This document shows, piece after piece, positions 38,640 through 47,576 of a stretch of DNA of 64,000 bases (positions are counted from its first letter, which is position 1; each line of letters starts with the position of its first letter). The position numbers and the translations under genes were made by a program. Where the stretch lies: assembly GCA_964579205.1 (NCBI GenBank), contig CAZOFH010000001.1:73386-137385 (forward strand). Reading direction: 5' to 3'. The notes beneath the pieces are model-generated. The model saw only the letters and a program-made list of their open reading frames with translations, did not search any database and was not told the origin of the DNA. Origin of the DNA: an uncultured Christensenella sp. (GTDB lineage Bacteria > Bacillota > Clostridia > Christensenellales > UBA1242).

Positions 38640-38906
38640 ATGACACGTAATGATTTGATAAAAGTAGTCAAGACGATGATATTATCTATGGCGTGCGCCC
38701 TGCCATTGGTGCTGATATTCAGTTTTGCAATAGCAGGCAAATTGCCCAATTTCGCCGTCACCATACTAGACGCAGCGCTACTGATATGCGCGGGCGTCGC
38801 GGGATACTTTGTGCAGGCAGCGCGTGAAAAGCGTATCAAAAGAAAGCGCGCCGAGTACCTCGCCCTTCAGTCCCAAAAGAACCAAAAAGACCAAAAGGAT
38901 AATTGA
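38640..38906 (+). CDS. small membrane protein (2 TM, basic tail)
   Basis: 88 aa with a GAGG RBS. Its stop overlaps the dnaB start region. Confidence 0.5.
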   Translation: MTRNDLIKVVKTMILSMACALPLVLIFSFAIAGKLPNFAVTILDAALLICAGVAGYFVQAAREKRIKRKRAEYLALQSQKNQKDQKDN

Positions 38907-38908
38907 AA

Positions 38909-40588
38909 ATGGCACAAAAGAACACAAATTCGACTGTCTCAGCAGGGCGCAAACTCCCCTTTAATTTTGAGGCAGAGCAGGCAGTATTAGGCGCTGTGCT
39001 AATTAGCCAAGAGGCTCCTAGCGTCATCCTCAGCGAACTCAAAGAAGAGGATTTTTTGTCGAAAGAGCATCAGATAATTTTCGGCACAATGCAGACCCTG
39101 TTTATCAAAAAAAATCACACATATTTTGACCACATTATCCTGACTAGCGAGTTAGAGAGCCGCGGGCTATTGGATGCCGTGGGCGGCGTGGCATACTTAC
39201 TCACCCTGACGGACAAATTGCCCAGTTCGACCAACTTTCAGTACTATGTTAATATTGTAAAGCGCGATTCAGTATTGCGCAAGCTCATTCAGGCAGGTGG
39301 CGAGATCATCGAGGACGCGTATTCTAGCGACGATATGAATACCTCATTGCAGTTCGCCGAAAATTCTATTTACAAGATTAGTCAGGTATCTGAGCACTCA
39401 GACCTAGAGCATATCCGCACCAGCCTAGAGAAAGTCATAGATGATTTTGAAATGTGCTTTCAAAACCCTGATGCAAAGCGCGGCGTAGAGACAGGGCTCG
39501 TGGGGCTCGACCATTACACCAATGGCTTTCAAAAAGGCGACCTAATAATACTCGCTGCCCGCCCCTCGTTCGGTAAATCTGCCCTTGCCCTCAATATCGT
39601 GCAGCATATGGCGGTCAAGTGCAAAAAGTCTTGCGCCGTCTTTTCTCTCGAAATGCCCAAAGAGCAGCTCAGCCGCAGGATGGCGTGTAGTATCTCAGGC
39701 GTAGATATGGCAAAAGTCTTGCGCGGGGACCTCGAGGACGAGCAGGAGCAGCGCAGATTCCGTAGTGCGATATCCGTGCTAGCCGACGCGCCGATTTTTA
39801 TAGATGATAGCAGTATGAATACCCCTGCAGAGATTTTGTCAAAATGCCGCCGTCTCAAGAATGACCCTGCATATGGGCTAGATTTTGTGATGATCGACTA
39901 CTTGCAGCTGATGAATGTCGGAGCAAAATCAAAGGCGGATAGCCGTCAGCAAGAGGTGTCTGAGATCAGCCGTAGTCTCAAGGTGTTAGCCAAAGAACTG
40001 GGCGTACCAGTACTCGCTCTGTCACAGTTGTCGCGTGCAGTCGAGACTAGGACAGGCGATCACAAGCCACAGCTCAGCGACCTACGTGAGACTGGTAGTA
40101 TCGAGCAAGACGCCGATATAGTAATGTTTATTCACCGCCCTAGTAGGTATCAGGATAACAACAAAAATCAAGATATGGACCAGAGTCAGGCATTCTTGAT
40201 ACTTGCCAAGCATCGTAACGGTGCCTTGGGCGAAATCCCTATGCATTGGAATGGCGCTACCACTACCTTTACTAGTACCGCGCACGACCTCGATACCGCT
40301 AGCCTAGAGAGCACTGCTCCGCCGCCGATTAGCGAAAAGAGTAGACGCGCCTTTGCAAAAGTTGCCCAAGAATTGAGCGAAACCAACAGCGTAAGTGACG
40401 ATATCTTTGACGATACCCCACCCCCGCCGATGCCTACCGATATGGCACCCAATGACGCCCCCCTGCCTCCACCTACAGATGTGGCAGAGCCGCCACTCGA
40501 CAATGTACCGCCATGGGATGACGTACCTGTAGCCCAGCCTGCTGCTGCGACTGCTACAGCCGATGACGACGACCCAATTTGGGAGTAA
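38909..40588 (+). CDS. dnaB: replicative DNA helicase with a Pro/Asp-rich C-terminal extension of about 110 aa
   Basis: PFNFEAEQAVLGAVL N-terminus and Walker A ARPSFGKSALAL. The RecA-like core ends near aa 450, followed by a low-complexity tail. Confidence 0.95.
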   Translation: MAQKNTNSTVSAGRKLPFNFEAEQAVLGAVLISQEAPSVILSELKEEDFLSKEHQIIFGTMQTLFIKKNHTYFDHIILTSELESRGLLDAVGGVAYLLTLTDKLPSSTNFQYYVNIVKRDSVLRKLIQAGGEIIEDAYSSDDMNTSLQFAENSIYKISQVSEHSDLEHIRTSLEKVIDDFEMCFQNPDAKRGVETGLVGLDHYTNGFQKGDLIILAARPSFGKSALALNIVQHMAVKCKKSCAVFSLEMPKEQLSRRMACSISGVDMAKVLRGDLEDEQEQRRFRSAISVLADAPIFIDDSSMNTPAEILSKCRRLKNDPAYGLDFVMIDYLQLMNVGAKSKADSRQQEVSEISRSLKVLAKELGVPVLALSQLSRAVETRTGDHKPQLSDLRETGSIEQDADIVMFIHRPSRYQDNNKNQDMDQSQAFLILAKHRNGALGEIPMHWNGATTTFTSTAHDLDTASLESTAPPPISEKSRRAFAKVAQELSETNSVSDDIFDDTPPPPMPTDMAPNDAPLPPPTDVAEPPLDNVPPWDDVPVAQPAAATATADDDDPIWE

Positions 40589-40601
40589 TAGAATACATTA
40601 C

Positions 40602-40631
40602 GGATAGAGAGCCCCCTCTCTATCCTTTTTT
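40602..40631 (+). terminator. intrinsic terminator after dnaB
   Basis: GGATAGAGAG-CCCC-CTCTCTATCC 10-bp stem followed by T6. Confidence 0.9.
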
Positions 40632-40659
40632 ACACCCTAGACTCGAGCAGTATGCGCTG

Positions 40660-40730
40660 ACAGTCTCATTTTGTGTTCGGCAAAAGCCTCACAGAGATTC
40701 CACTGCTGACGATGTCCGCCGCTGAATGAC
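40660..40730 (-). repeat. hairpin-box repeat, copy C (3' of cca)
   Basis: Sense strand: GTCATTCAGC GGCGGAC ATC GTCAGCA GTGGAATCTCTGTGAG..TGCCGAAC. Confidence 0.7.
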
Positions 40731-40813
40731 TGGCAGGAGCGAGCCTCTGACCCCATTTATTAAAATAATGCAGGGGTGCATCTGCATCGTAGTCAAGTTA
40801 CTCTTATCTCTTG

Positions 40814-40891
40814 TATGACGGCGAACATCGTACCCACCTCGCAGCGCAGGTGTGCGAGCACCCCGTGAAATCTGTGCGCCATAGGCGAACC
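40814..40891 (+). repeat. composite repeat (TATGACGG..CACCT-loop-AGGTG module plus partial hairpin-box 3' half), copy D (3' of dnaB)
   Basis: TATGACGGCGAACATCGTACCCACCTCGCAGCGCAGGTGTGCGAGCACC followed by CCGTGAAATCTGTGCGCCATAGGCGAACCC. Confidence 0.6.
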
Positions 40892-41009
40892 CAAAACAAA
40901 AAAGACCCAAAAGGACTTTTTTCTATTTATCAGATTATTTTATCCGTTTTTTATCGGATTGCTCTATCATTATTTTTTCCGTCAATACTGGTTGAATGAG
41001 AGTCTACGA

Positions 41010-42311
41010 CTACATTCTCTCTATGGCGTCGAGGAGAGAGTCGCGCGTATTGCACTCGGGCATAGTAGCGCAAAGGGTGAGCAAATCGGCGAAAATTTGG
41101 CTAAAGCGGCTCGGTGAAATGTCAGGGAATTCTGTCAAAATATCATCGCCATTGATAGCCAAATCAGCGACGCAAAAAGGAGTGTGGTCGAGTAGCATAA
41201 GCTGGTACACGCGCAGCACTTCCTCCCCGATGCCAGCCATATGCAATAGCCCAAAGAGTTCGTCCTTGCAGGAGAAATTCGCCTGCAAAAAGAGGCGGAT
41301 TTGCTTTTGCGAGAGGAGTGCGCCTTGTCTCACCGTGGCGAAAGCCTGCAGTATTGCAGTCTGGCGAGCGACCTCGCGTTTGTTGAGCCTGACCCCCTGC
41401 TCTCCTAGGACGAGAGCGATGCTGGACGACTCGAGAGGTTGACCCAGCCCATCTAACAAATCTATCACAAAACTAGACACGCGCAGCGCTGGCGGGGATA
41501 GGGCTAGCATTGACCAAGAGATATTGTCTACCCGTGCCTTTGCTGCCGTATCGAGCGTAGCCCAAAAAGGCGTCAAGACATACTCCCACGCCCCGAGGCG
41601 GCTCAGCAATTCTACCGCGCGACACTGAGCACCGCGGCTCTCAATAGCCTTGTACTTGTTGTCAGCGAAGAGCATCGCGACAATCTCTTTGTTAAATCGT
41701 TGTGGCGAAATGGCGCCGAGTTGGCTAATCATATCGTGTGCCACTGCCCAAGTCTGCTCTTCAATCTGATAGCCCAATTCGCAGGCAAGACGCACCATTC
41801 TGAGAATGCGCAAGCCGTCGCGGCTAAAAACGATACTCGGAGTCTCGACAGTCTTTACCAAGTGATTTTTGACACACTTTACCCCGTCATAAAAGTCGAG
41901 AATTCGGTTACCCAAAATATCGTAATACATAGCATTGATGCTAAAATCCCTACGGCTCGCGTCCGCCTCGATATCGTCTACAAACTCGACACGCTCGGGG
42001 CTATGCGCGCCGCCCTCGGGATAGATTTCGGCACGAAAAGTGGTATGCTCGTACTCAAATGTCCGCGCCGCGTCAAAGATGTGCACTGTGCCTAACTTTG
42101 GGTTGATCATCTCGCAGTGATAGCCATTTTGCGCCGCCATTCGCTCGACATCGGCAGCCTGCGCACTGCTACATACATCGACATCAGTTTCGCAAAAGCC
42201 CATCAGAGCATTTCGCACAAAACCACCGACCACATACAATGTAAAACCATTTTTATCAAAAATTTGGGCAAGACGCACCAAATTTTCGTCTACGTTCAAT
42301 TTCTTTTTCAT
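41010..42311 (-). CDS. cca: CCA-adding enzyme / poly(A) polymerase-family tRNA nucleotidyltransferase
   Basis: 433 aa with the YVVGGFVRNALMG...DVDV nucleotidyltransferase motif. Confidence 0.88.
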   Translation of the reverse strand: MKKKLNVDENLVRLAQIFDKNGFTLYVVGGFVRNALMGFCETDVDVCSSAQAADVERMAAQNGYHCEMINPKLGTVHIFDAARTFEYEHTTFRAEIYPEGGAHSPERVEFVDDIEADASRRDFSINAMYYDILGNRILDFYDGVKCVKNHLVKTVETPSIVFSRDGLRILRMVRLACELGYQIEEQTWAVAHDMISQLGAISPQRFNKEIVAMLFADNKYKAIESRGAQCRAVELLSRLGAWEYVLTPFWATLDTAAKARVDNISWSMLALSPPALRVSSFVIDLLDGLGQPLESSSIALVLGEQGVRLNKREVARQTAILQAFATVRQGALLSQKQIRLFLQANFSCKDELFGLLHMAGIGEEVLRVYQLMLLDHTPFCVADLAINGDDILTEFPDISPSRFSQIFADLLTLCATMPECNTRDSLLDAIERM

Positions 42312-42362
42312 ATCGCTAGTATATCACAAAAACTGCCGTCTAGCCAAGCAATTTTGATGTAT

Positions 42363-42872
42363 TTACCCGAAAAATCCGCCATTTACAAAGGTAGCCAAAG
42401 TCCCGAGCGCCTCTATGCGGCGTGAAATGATATTGTACACGATGTGTTTTGCCTCGGCGGTGTCCTCGAGATTGAGTATGCTCACCAAGTCACCTAGCAG
42501 GGCGCTCTCATTCTGAAAATACGCCCCGAGGGTGGTATTGAATGTGCTAGGCACGCTAGAGATGAGGTTCGGATTGCTGCGGCTGCCTGACTCTCGCGGA
42601 TAAAGAGCAGATAGATCGGCAAAATCCTGCCTACTCAGTTCGAGCAATTCTCTAATGTAACGCGACTGACTATTATTGCTAGCACGCGCTGCCAAAAGAC
42701 GGAGCAGACTATCATTACCAGCCCAATCTATCTGTGCCATTATACGCGTTTTGTCCTCGCATTCTGCGCAACACGGCTGCTGAGCCGTCCGAACGCAACG
42801 AGCATCTGCATATTCTCGGTTCATTTTGTGCAGACTAACCTCATCAGGGGTTTGAAAATCGTCAAATTCCAT
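42363..42872 (-). CDS. hypothetical protein
   Basis: 169 aa from MEFDDF with a GGGAGGG RBS. Contains a Cys cluster (CCAEC). No family recognised. Confidence 0.5.
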   Translation of the reverse strand: MEFDDFQTPDEVSLHKMNREYADARCVRTAQQPCCAECEDKTRIMAQIDWAGNDSLLRLLAARASNNSQSRYIRELLELSRQDFADLSALYPRESGSRSNPNLISSVPSTFNTTLGAYFQNESALLGDLVSILNLEDTAEAKHIVYNIISRRIEALGTLATFVNGGFFG

Positions 42873-43080
42873 CTCGTCCCTCCCAAAATACAATTATCTA
42901 ATATGAATTAAACTGGAGATTTGTGAAATATGAGCACTCATAATACTCAAAAAATCGCGCAATTATTGCAAAAAGAAAAAGCAATCGAAAACGAATTGCT
43001 CATCAAAAAAAACAAAAACCTCGCGCGATCTCTGCGCAGGCTCTTGTCTACAAAACGGGAATTAGCCGCCCTAAGCGAGG

Positions 43081-43674
43081 CTAAATCTCTCTACGATCTA
43101 GAATAGCACGAGCAAGGGTCACCTCGTCTACATATTCGATATCGGTGCCCATACTCACCCCTTGGGCAATGCGAGTGACGCGCACCCCTAGAGGCTTGAG
43201 CAAGCCGCCAATATAGATAGCCGTAGCCTCGCCCTCTACCGTGGGGCTGGTAGCCAATATCACCTCGCGCACGCCGTCGTGCTGGATGCGAGAGAGCAAC
43301 TCTTTGATACGGATATCCTCGGCAGAGCGCCCTGCTAGCGGATTTAGCAAGCCGTGCAGCACGTGATAGGTACCATCAAACTCGGTGACGCGCTCTAGTG
43401 CCAACACATCTTTTGGCTCGGCGACCACGCAGACTAGCGACCTATCGCCACGCTCGCACACTTTGCAAACCTCTCTATCAGTAAAATTGCCACAGACCGA
43501 GCAATACCTGACCTCACGCTTTACGCTCAAGATAGCATCAGCGAATTCTCGCGCTCTATCCTCGGACATATTGATAATAGAATAGGCGTATCGAGTAGCC
43601 GTCTTGCGCCCTACGCCCGGCAATCTATTAAACGCCGCTATGAGGTGCTCTACAGGGGCGATAAAATTCTTCAA
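43081..43674 (-). CDS. recR: recombination protein RecR
   Basis: 197 aa with the LPGVGRKTA helix-hairpin-helix, a C4 zinc finger and a Toprim domain. Confidence 0.96.
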   Translation of the reverse strand: MKNFIAPVEHLIAAFNRLPGVGRKTATRYAYSIINMSEDRAREFADAILSVKREVRYCSVCGNFTDREVCKVCERGDRSLVCVVAEPKDVLALERVTEFDGTYHVLHGLLNPLAGRSAEDIRIKELLSRIQHDGVREVILATSPTVEGEATAIYIGGLLKPLGVRVTRIAQGVSMGTDIEYVDEVTLARAILDRREI

Positions 43675-43992
43675 TTAAAACATTCCCCCCGGCATTTGCG
43701 GAGCCATCTCGGCTAATTTTTCATCGATTTGACGATTTGCATCATTGACCGCAGCCATAATCAAGTCCTCTAGCATCTCTTTGTCCTCTGGGTCGATCAC
43801 CTCAGGTTTGATAATTACGCGAGTAATCTCGCGACGACCGCTCATCTCAATCTCGACCATTCCGCCGCCAGCATTTGCATAAAAGGTAGTAGCCTCCAGT
43901 TCTTCTCTATCCCTCTGCATTTGCTCCTGCATTTTTTGCGCCTGTTTTAGCAAATTTTGCATATTAGCGCCACCAAAACCATTAAAAGCCAT
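43675..43992 (-). CDS. ebfC: YbaB/EbfC nucleoid-associated protein
   Basis: 105 aa from MAFNGFGG with a GGAGG RBS; lies between dnaX and recR. Confidence 0.93.
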   Translation of the reverse strand: MAFNGFGGANMQNLLKQAQKMQEQMQRDREELEATTFYANAGGGMVEIEMSGRREITRVIIKPEVIDPEDKEMLEDLIMAAVNDANRQIDEKLAEMAPQMPGGMF

Positions 43993-44006
43993 TTCTATTT
44001 CCTCCA

Positions 44007-44477
44007 TTAATTTATTACAGTGATATCTGCGCCCAAAATCCGACGCAGACGCACGATTTTGTCCTCGCGTCCTGCGCCTGCCGTCTCATCTAGCACAAAT
44101 TCTATATTCACATTATAACCTAAATTGCGTAAACTTTCAACCAAATCACCACAATTTTGTGGTTTTCTCAGCATTTCATAATCTAGCTGGCTAGGCACGT
44201 GCACCCGCAAGGTGTCGCCCTCGAGCGAAAACTTGCCAAGGTTGACACAGACCGAATGCAGCATAATCTTGTTTGCCTTTTTGATAGCCAAGAGCGCCCT
44301 CCCCCACAGCACGCGGGCATCAGGCAGGGGCAGCTCCACCGCGGGAGCATATGGGGCTGCAGACGGCTCCTTAGTCATTGAGTTATTCTGCCCAAAACCT
44401 GCCGACTTATTCTGCCCCGAGCCCGCAGCAGCCTCCACAGGGATACAAATTTTACCCTTGAGTGCCAGCAGCATCAT
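44007..44477 (-). CDS. dnaX: DnaX C-terminal (tau-specific) segment as a separate -1 frame ORF
   Basis: 156 aa. Its ATG uses the last A of the A10 run that ends the upstream dnaX ORF. The W..AL..IKK...L.......F..EGD.L region resembles Firmicute DnaX domains IV/V. Confidence 0.65.
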   Translation of the reverse strand: MMLLALKGKICIPVEAAAGSGQNKSAGFGQNNSMTKEPSAAPYAPAVELPLPDARVLWGRALLAIKKANKIMLHSVCVNLGKFSLEGDTLRVHVPSQLDYEMLRKPQNCGDLVESLRNLGYNVNIEFVLDETAGAGREDKIVRLRRILGADITVIN

Positions 44478-45571
44478 TTTTTTTTTGCTTCATCGCCCAA
44501 GAGACTCAGCGCGGTAGTCTCAATGAGCAATGCTGGGTCAAGCGAATATTTTAGCGCAGCCTCAATTTTGCTAAACGCCTGCATAGCAGCATTGAGCCGA
44601 TTTACACTCTGAGCGTCGGCGATTTGGGTCATTTTTGCCACAGCGTCCGCGTCATAATCTCCGTCTAGTGCTGATGCACCGCAAGTTTTGATGACCAGCA
44701 GATCCCTAAATGTCTTGGTCAAGTCGTTGGCTGTGACCAAGAGGTTTTTGCCCGACTTGCGAATGACTGCAAATTCGTCAAAAAAGTCCTTTATCCGCTC
44801 CTCTAGGATAGCCGCGCCGAGGCTAAGGATAGTGGCACTATCGCTCACTCCTAGCACATTGACTACATCAGCGTAATGGATGTCGTTATTCGCAAAACTA
44901 GCGCACATATCGGCGATACTCAGCGCGTCACGCACACTACCTTCGCCAGCGCTCGCGATGAGGCTAACAGCCTGCGGCTCTGCCTGTATCCCGCTTTGGG
45001 CGAATACGTCTGATATCAGTCCTGCGATAACCTCGGTATTGATGAGTTTAAAATCAAAGCGCAGCACTCGCGAAAGGATAGTGGCGGGCAACTTGTGCAC
45101 TTCGGTAGTAGCCAAAATAAACACAGCGTGTAGAGGTGGCTCCTCTAGCGTCTTTAGCAATGCGTTGAATGCGCTAGTAGTCAGCATATGCACCTCGTCG
45201 ATGATATAGACCTTGTACTTGCCTACGGTCGGCGGGTATTTTACCTTGTCGCGCAGATCACGAATCTCCTCGACGCCATTATTACTAGCGGCGTCAATCT
45301 CGATAATGTCGATAGCACTACTCTCACGCAGAGCCTTGCACGCCTCGCACTCTCCGCAAGGCGACCCGTCGACTGGATGCTGGCAGTTTATTGCGCGCGC
45401 GAACACCTTTGCACAAGTAGTCTTGCCCGTGCCGCGACTGCCGCAAAACAGGTACGCGTGCCCTATCTGATCGTTTTTGATTTGGTTTTTGAGCGTCCGC
45501 GTCACGTGGTCTTGACCGATGACTTTGTCAAAACTGGTCGGACGAAATTTTCTATAAAGTGCTAGATACAT
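44474..45571 (-). CDS. dnaX: DNA polymerase III subunit gamma/tau, domains I-III
   Basis: 365 aa with GSRGTGKTT Walker A, a CxxCxxC zinc module and IIDEVHML. Ends ..GDEAKKK-TGA in an A10 tract. Confidence 0.93.
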   Translation of the reverse strand: MYLALYRKFRPTSFDKVIGQDHVTRTLKNQIKNDQIGHAYLFCGSRGTGKTTCAKVFARAINCQHPVDGSPCGECEACKALRESSAIDIIEIDAASNNGVEEIRDLRDKVKYPPTVGKYKVYIIDEVHMLTTSAFNALLKTLEEPPLHAVFILATTEVHKLPATILSRVLRFDFKLINTEVIAGLISDVFAQSGIQAEPQAVSLIASAGEGSVRDALSIADMCASFANNDIHYADVVNVLGVSDSATILSLGAAILEERIKDFFDEFAVIRKSGKNLLVTANDLTKTFRDLLVIKTCGASALDGDYDADAVAKMTQIADAQSVNRLNAAMQAFSKIEAALKYSLDPALLIETTALSLLGDEAKKK

Positions 45572-45573
45572 CT

Positions 45574-46164
45574 TTACTTCTCCAAAAATTTTAGTTTACT
45601 TTTTATTCTCACGATAGCATTATCTACTGATTTTTCATTTTTGTCAAGTCGATTGGCAATAATTTTGTAACTATAGCCCGCCAAAAACAATTTTAGCACC
45701 TGCCATTCAAATTCGCTGAGGACGGCACGGATGCGCTGGTACAACTCCGCACGGCGCTCGCGCAACTCAAAAATCTCGGACGGGGTCAAATCTTCGCTCG
45801 CCAATTCACCTCCCTCGCTTTCCTCACCATCTGCTAGTTGGCTGAGACTAAAATACTCAATTAGCGGGGAATTTTTGAGCGCCATACTGTGCCGAATCGC
45901 AGAAATCACCTGATTTACCACGCTTTTACGCGCGTATGGATAAAAAGGCTGGGTCGAGTCTAGGTCATAATTTTGCAATGCTCGATACAGCCCGATCATC
46001 CCCTCTTGCACAAGGTCAGACTGGTCGCCTCCATTGAGAAAATACCGACGCGCCACGCCATTGACCATAGGTTTTAACTCGGCAAACAGCGTGGTCAAAC
46101 CGTCCTCGTCGCCCGCACGCGCACGCGCGACCAATTCACGATAATACTCGTTTTTGTCTTGCAA
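45574..46164 (-). CDS. sigH: RNA polymerase sporulation sigma factor SigH
   Basis: 196 aa with DLVQEGMIGLYRA region 2. Lies downstream of mrnC-rlmB as in the Bacillus yazC-yacO-yacP-sigH region. Confidence 0.85.
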   Translation of the reverse strand: MQDKNEYYRELVARARAGDEDGLTTLFAELKPMVNGVARRYFLNGGDQSDLVQEGMIGLYRALQNYDLDSTQPFYPYARKSVVNQVISAIRHSMALKNSPLIEYFSLSQLADGEESEGGELASEDLTPSEIFELRERRAELYQRIRAVLSEFEWQVLKLFLAGYSYKIIANRLDKNEKSVDNAIVRIKSKLKFLEK

Positions 46165-46165
46165 A

Positions 46166-46888
46166 TCACTTACCTCTCTGTCTCACTACCTCAAAGACTG
46201 CCACCCCGCACGCCACGCTAGCATTCAGGCTGTTGACCTGCCCTAGCATCGGCATAGTCACCACGGCGTCGCAATTCTTTTTGACTAACTGGCTCACGCC
46301 TTTGCCCTCGCTGCCGATGACTAGCGCTATCGCCCCTGTCAAGTTTTGACGGTAGATATTTACGCCGCCCAATTCGACCGCGTATATCCACAGCCCCAAG
46401 TTTTTGAGATGCGAAATCACATTGTTTAAATTGGTCACTTTGCACACCAGCATATGCTCTAGCGCCCCCGCGCTGGTACGAGCAACAGTGCTATTGATGG
46501 GGCAAGCATTATGCTTTGGAATAATGACCCCGTGCACCCCTGCGCACTCGCACACGCGCAAAACGGCACCGAAATTGTGCGGGTCCTCCACGCCATCGAG
46601 AATTACCACAAAGGGCTGCTCTCCGCGAGAATCAGCACGGCGGATAATGTCCTCGATTTGGCAGTAGCTATAGTCCTCCATTTCGGCGACAAAGCCCTGA
46701 TGATGCTCGTCGTGGCAAAGGTTAAACAACTGCATTTTGTCGACATACTCTAGCCTAATATTGCGTTTTTTGCACAGTGCCTCTATCTCGCCCGGCTTGT
46801 TGACAAAAGAGTCTTGACAATACACCTTGTACACCGCTTTTTCTGCACGCAACGCCTCGACTACCGCATTTTTACCATAAATAATCAT
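46166..46888 (-). CDS. rlmB: 23S rRNA (guanosine-2'-O)-methyltransferase RlmB (SpoU/TrmH family)
   Basis: 240 aa from MIIYGKNAV; SpoU motifs LDGVEDPHNFGA, VIGSEGKG and SLNASVA. Confidence 0.9.
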   Translation of the reverse strand: MIIYGKNAVVEALRAEKAVYKVYCQDSFVNKPGEIEALCKKRNIRLEYVDKMQLFNLCHDEHHQGFVAEMEDYSYCQIEDIIRRADSRGEQPFVVILDGVEDPHNFGAVLRVCECAGVHGVIIPKHNACPINSTVARTSAGALEHMLVCKVTNLNNVISHLKNLGLWIYAVELGGVNIYRQNLTGAIALVIGSEGKGVSQLVKKNCDAVVTMPMLGQVNSLNASVACGVAVFEVVRQRGK

Positions 46889-47304
46889 TCTTTCACCTCG
46901 TTTTCTCCCCAAATCAGCGCCAAAATCTCATTGAGCCTGTCGATTTTGTTTGACAAATACAAATGCCCGACTAGCGCCTCTAGCCCAGTCGCGCGCTTGT
47001 ATTCCGCCAGCCCAAAATTCTTGCTCTTGGTCGTAATCGGCGAGTTTTTCGCCCTGCGCACCACGCCCGCCTCTTCTTCGTCTAGGTGTGGCAAAATCCT
47101 TGCGAGAGCGTCACTCTGCGCCTGCGCGTTGACTAGTCCACTCGCGAGCCTGTGCAACTGATTGGGCTTGGCAAGGCCTTTTCGCAACTCAAATTCGCGT
47201 GCGCATAGCGAATAGACTGCATCCCCTATCCAAGCCAAAGTCGCCACCGAAACATTCTTTAGTTCGGCGTCCGTATATTCTCTAAATGTCCAAAATTCTC
47301 TCAT
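46885..47304 (-). CDS. mrnC: Mini-ribonuclease 3
   Basis: 139 aa from MREFW with LAWIGDAVYSL and GLEALVGHLYL motifs. ATGA overlap with rlmB. Confidence 0.85.
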   Translation of the reverse strand: MREFWTFREYTDAELKNVSVATLAWIGDAVYSLCAREFELRKGLAKPNQLHRLASGLVNAQAQSDALARILPHLDEEEAGVVRRAKNSPITTKSKNFGLAEYKRATGLEALVGHLYLSNKIDRLNEILALIWGENEVKE

Positions 47305-47310
47305 ATTTTC

Positions 47311-47339
47311 ATTATACCACAACTTGCGAATTTTGGCAA
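47311..47339 (-). promoter_or_regulatory. sigma-A type promoter placed for a leaderless mrnC transcript
   Basis: TTGCCA, 17 nt, TGG-TATAAT. Only 6 nt separate the -10 box from the mrnC ATG, and there is no RBS. Confidence 0.55.
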
Positions 47340-47487
47340 TAAATTTGATAATAATTTACTTTTGATGAGAATATACTTTTTTGTGAGCGGCTCCGCCCCC
47401 ACAATAATAAGGATAATCCCTTTAACATACACAAGGGGTGGCTTCGCCACATTTTATAGATAGAATGATGCGACCATAGAAAAACCA

Positions 47488-47532
47488 TATGACGGAGAGT
47501 GTTATACGCACCTCGCAGCGCAGTTGAGCACC
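47488..47532 (+). repeat. TATGACGG..CACCT-loop module, degenerate copy
   Basis: TATGACGGAGAGTGTTATACGCACCTCGCAGCGCAGTTGAGCACC aligns with 40814-40862. Confidence 0.55.
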
Positions 47533-47576
47533 TCCACATTTTCTATCAAAAAAATATCGACACAAAGGACTGCAAA

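Noticed and set aside
40689-40910. 73-aa minus-strand ORF in the dnaB-cca spacer, and similar ORFs at 47312-47539, 48471-48881, 56118-56692 and 63205-63626
   Set aside because: They lie across the repeat modules, palindromes and terminators, have no RBS and have Arg/Cys/Gly-rich composition driven by GC-rich hairpins. They are better explained as non-coding structured DNA or RNA.
42930-43106. 58-aa plus-strand ORF (MSTHNTQKIAQLLQKEKAIENELL...), coiled-coil-like, GGAG 11 nt upstream
   Set aside because: It overlaps the 3' end of recR by 26 nt in convergent orientation, the RBS spacing is long, and no homology is recognised. It is not supportable as a gene from sequence alone.
45572-45573. SRP (scRNA) gene expected upstream of dnaX, as in Bacillus
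   Set aside because: The sigH stop codon is only 2 nt from the dnaX start, so there is no room for an RNA gene.
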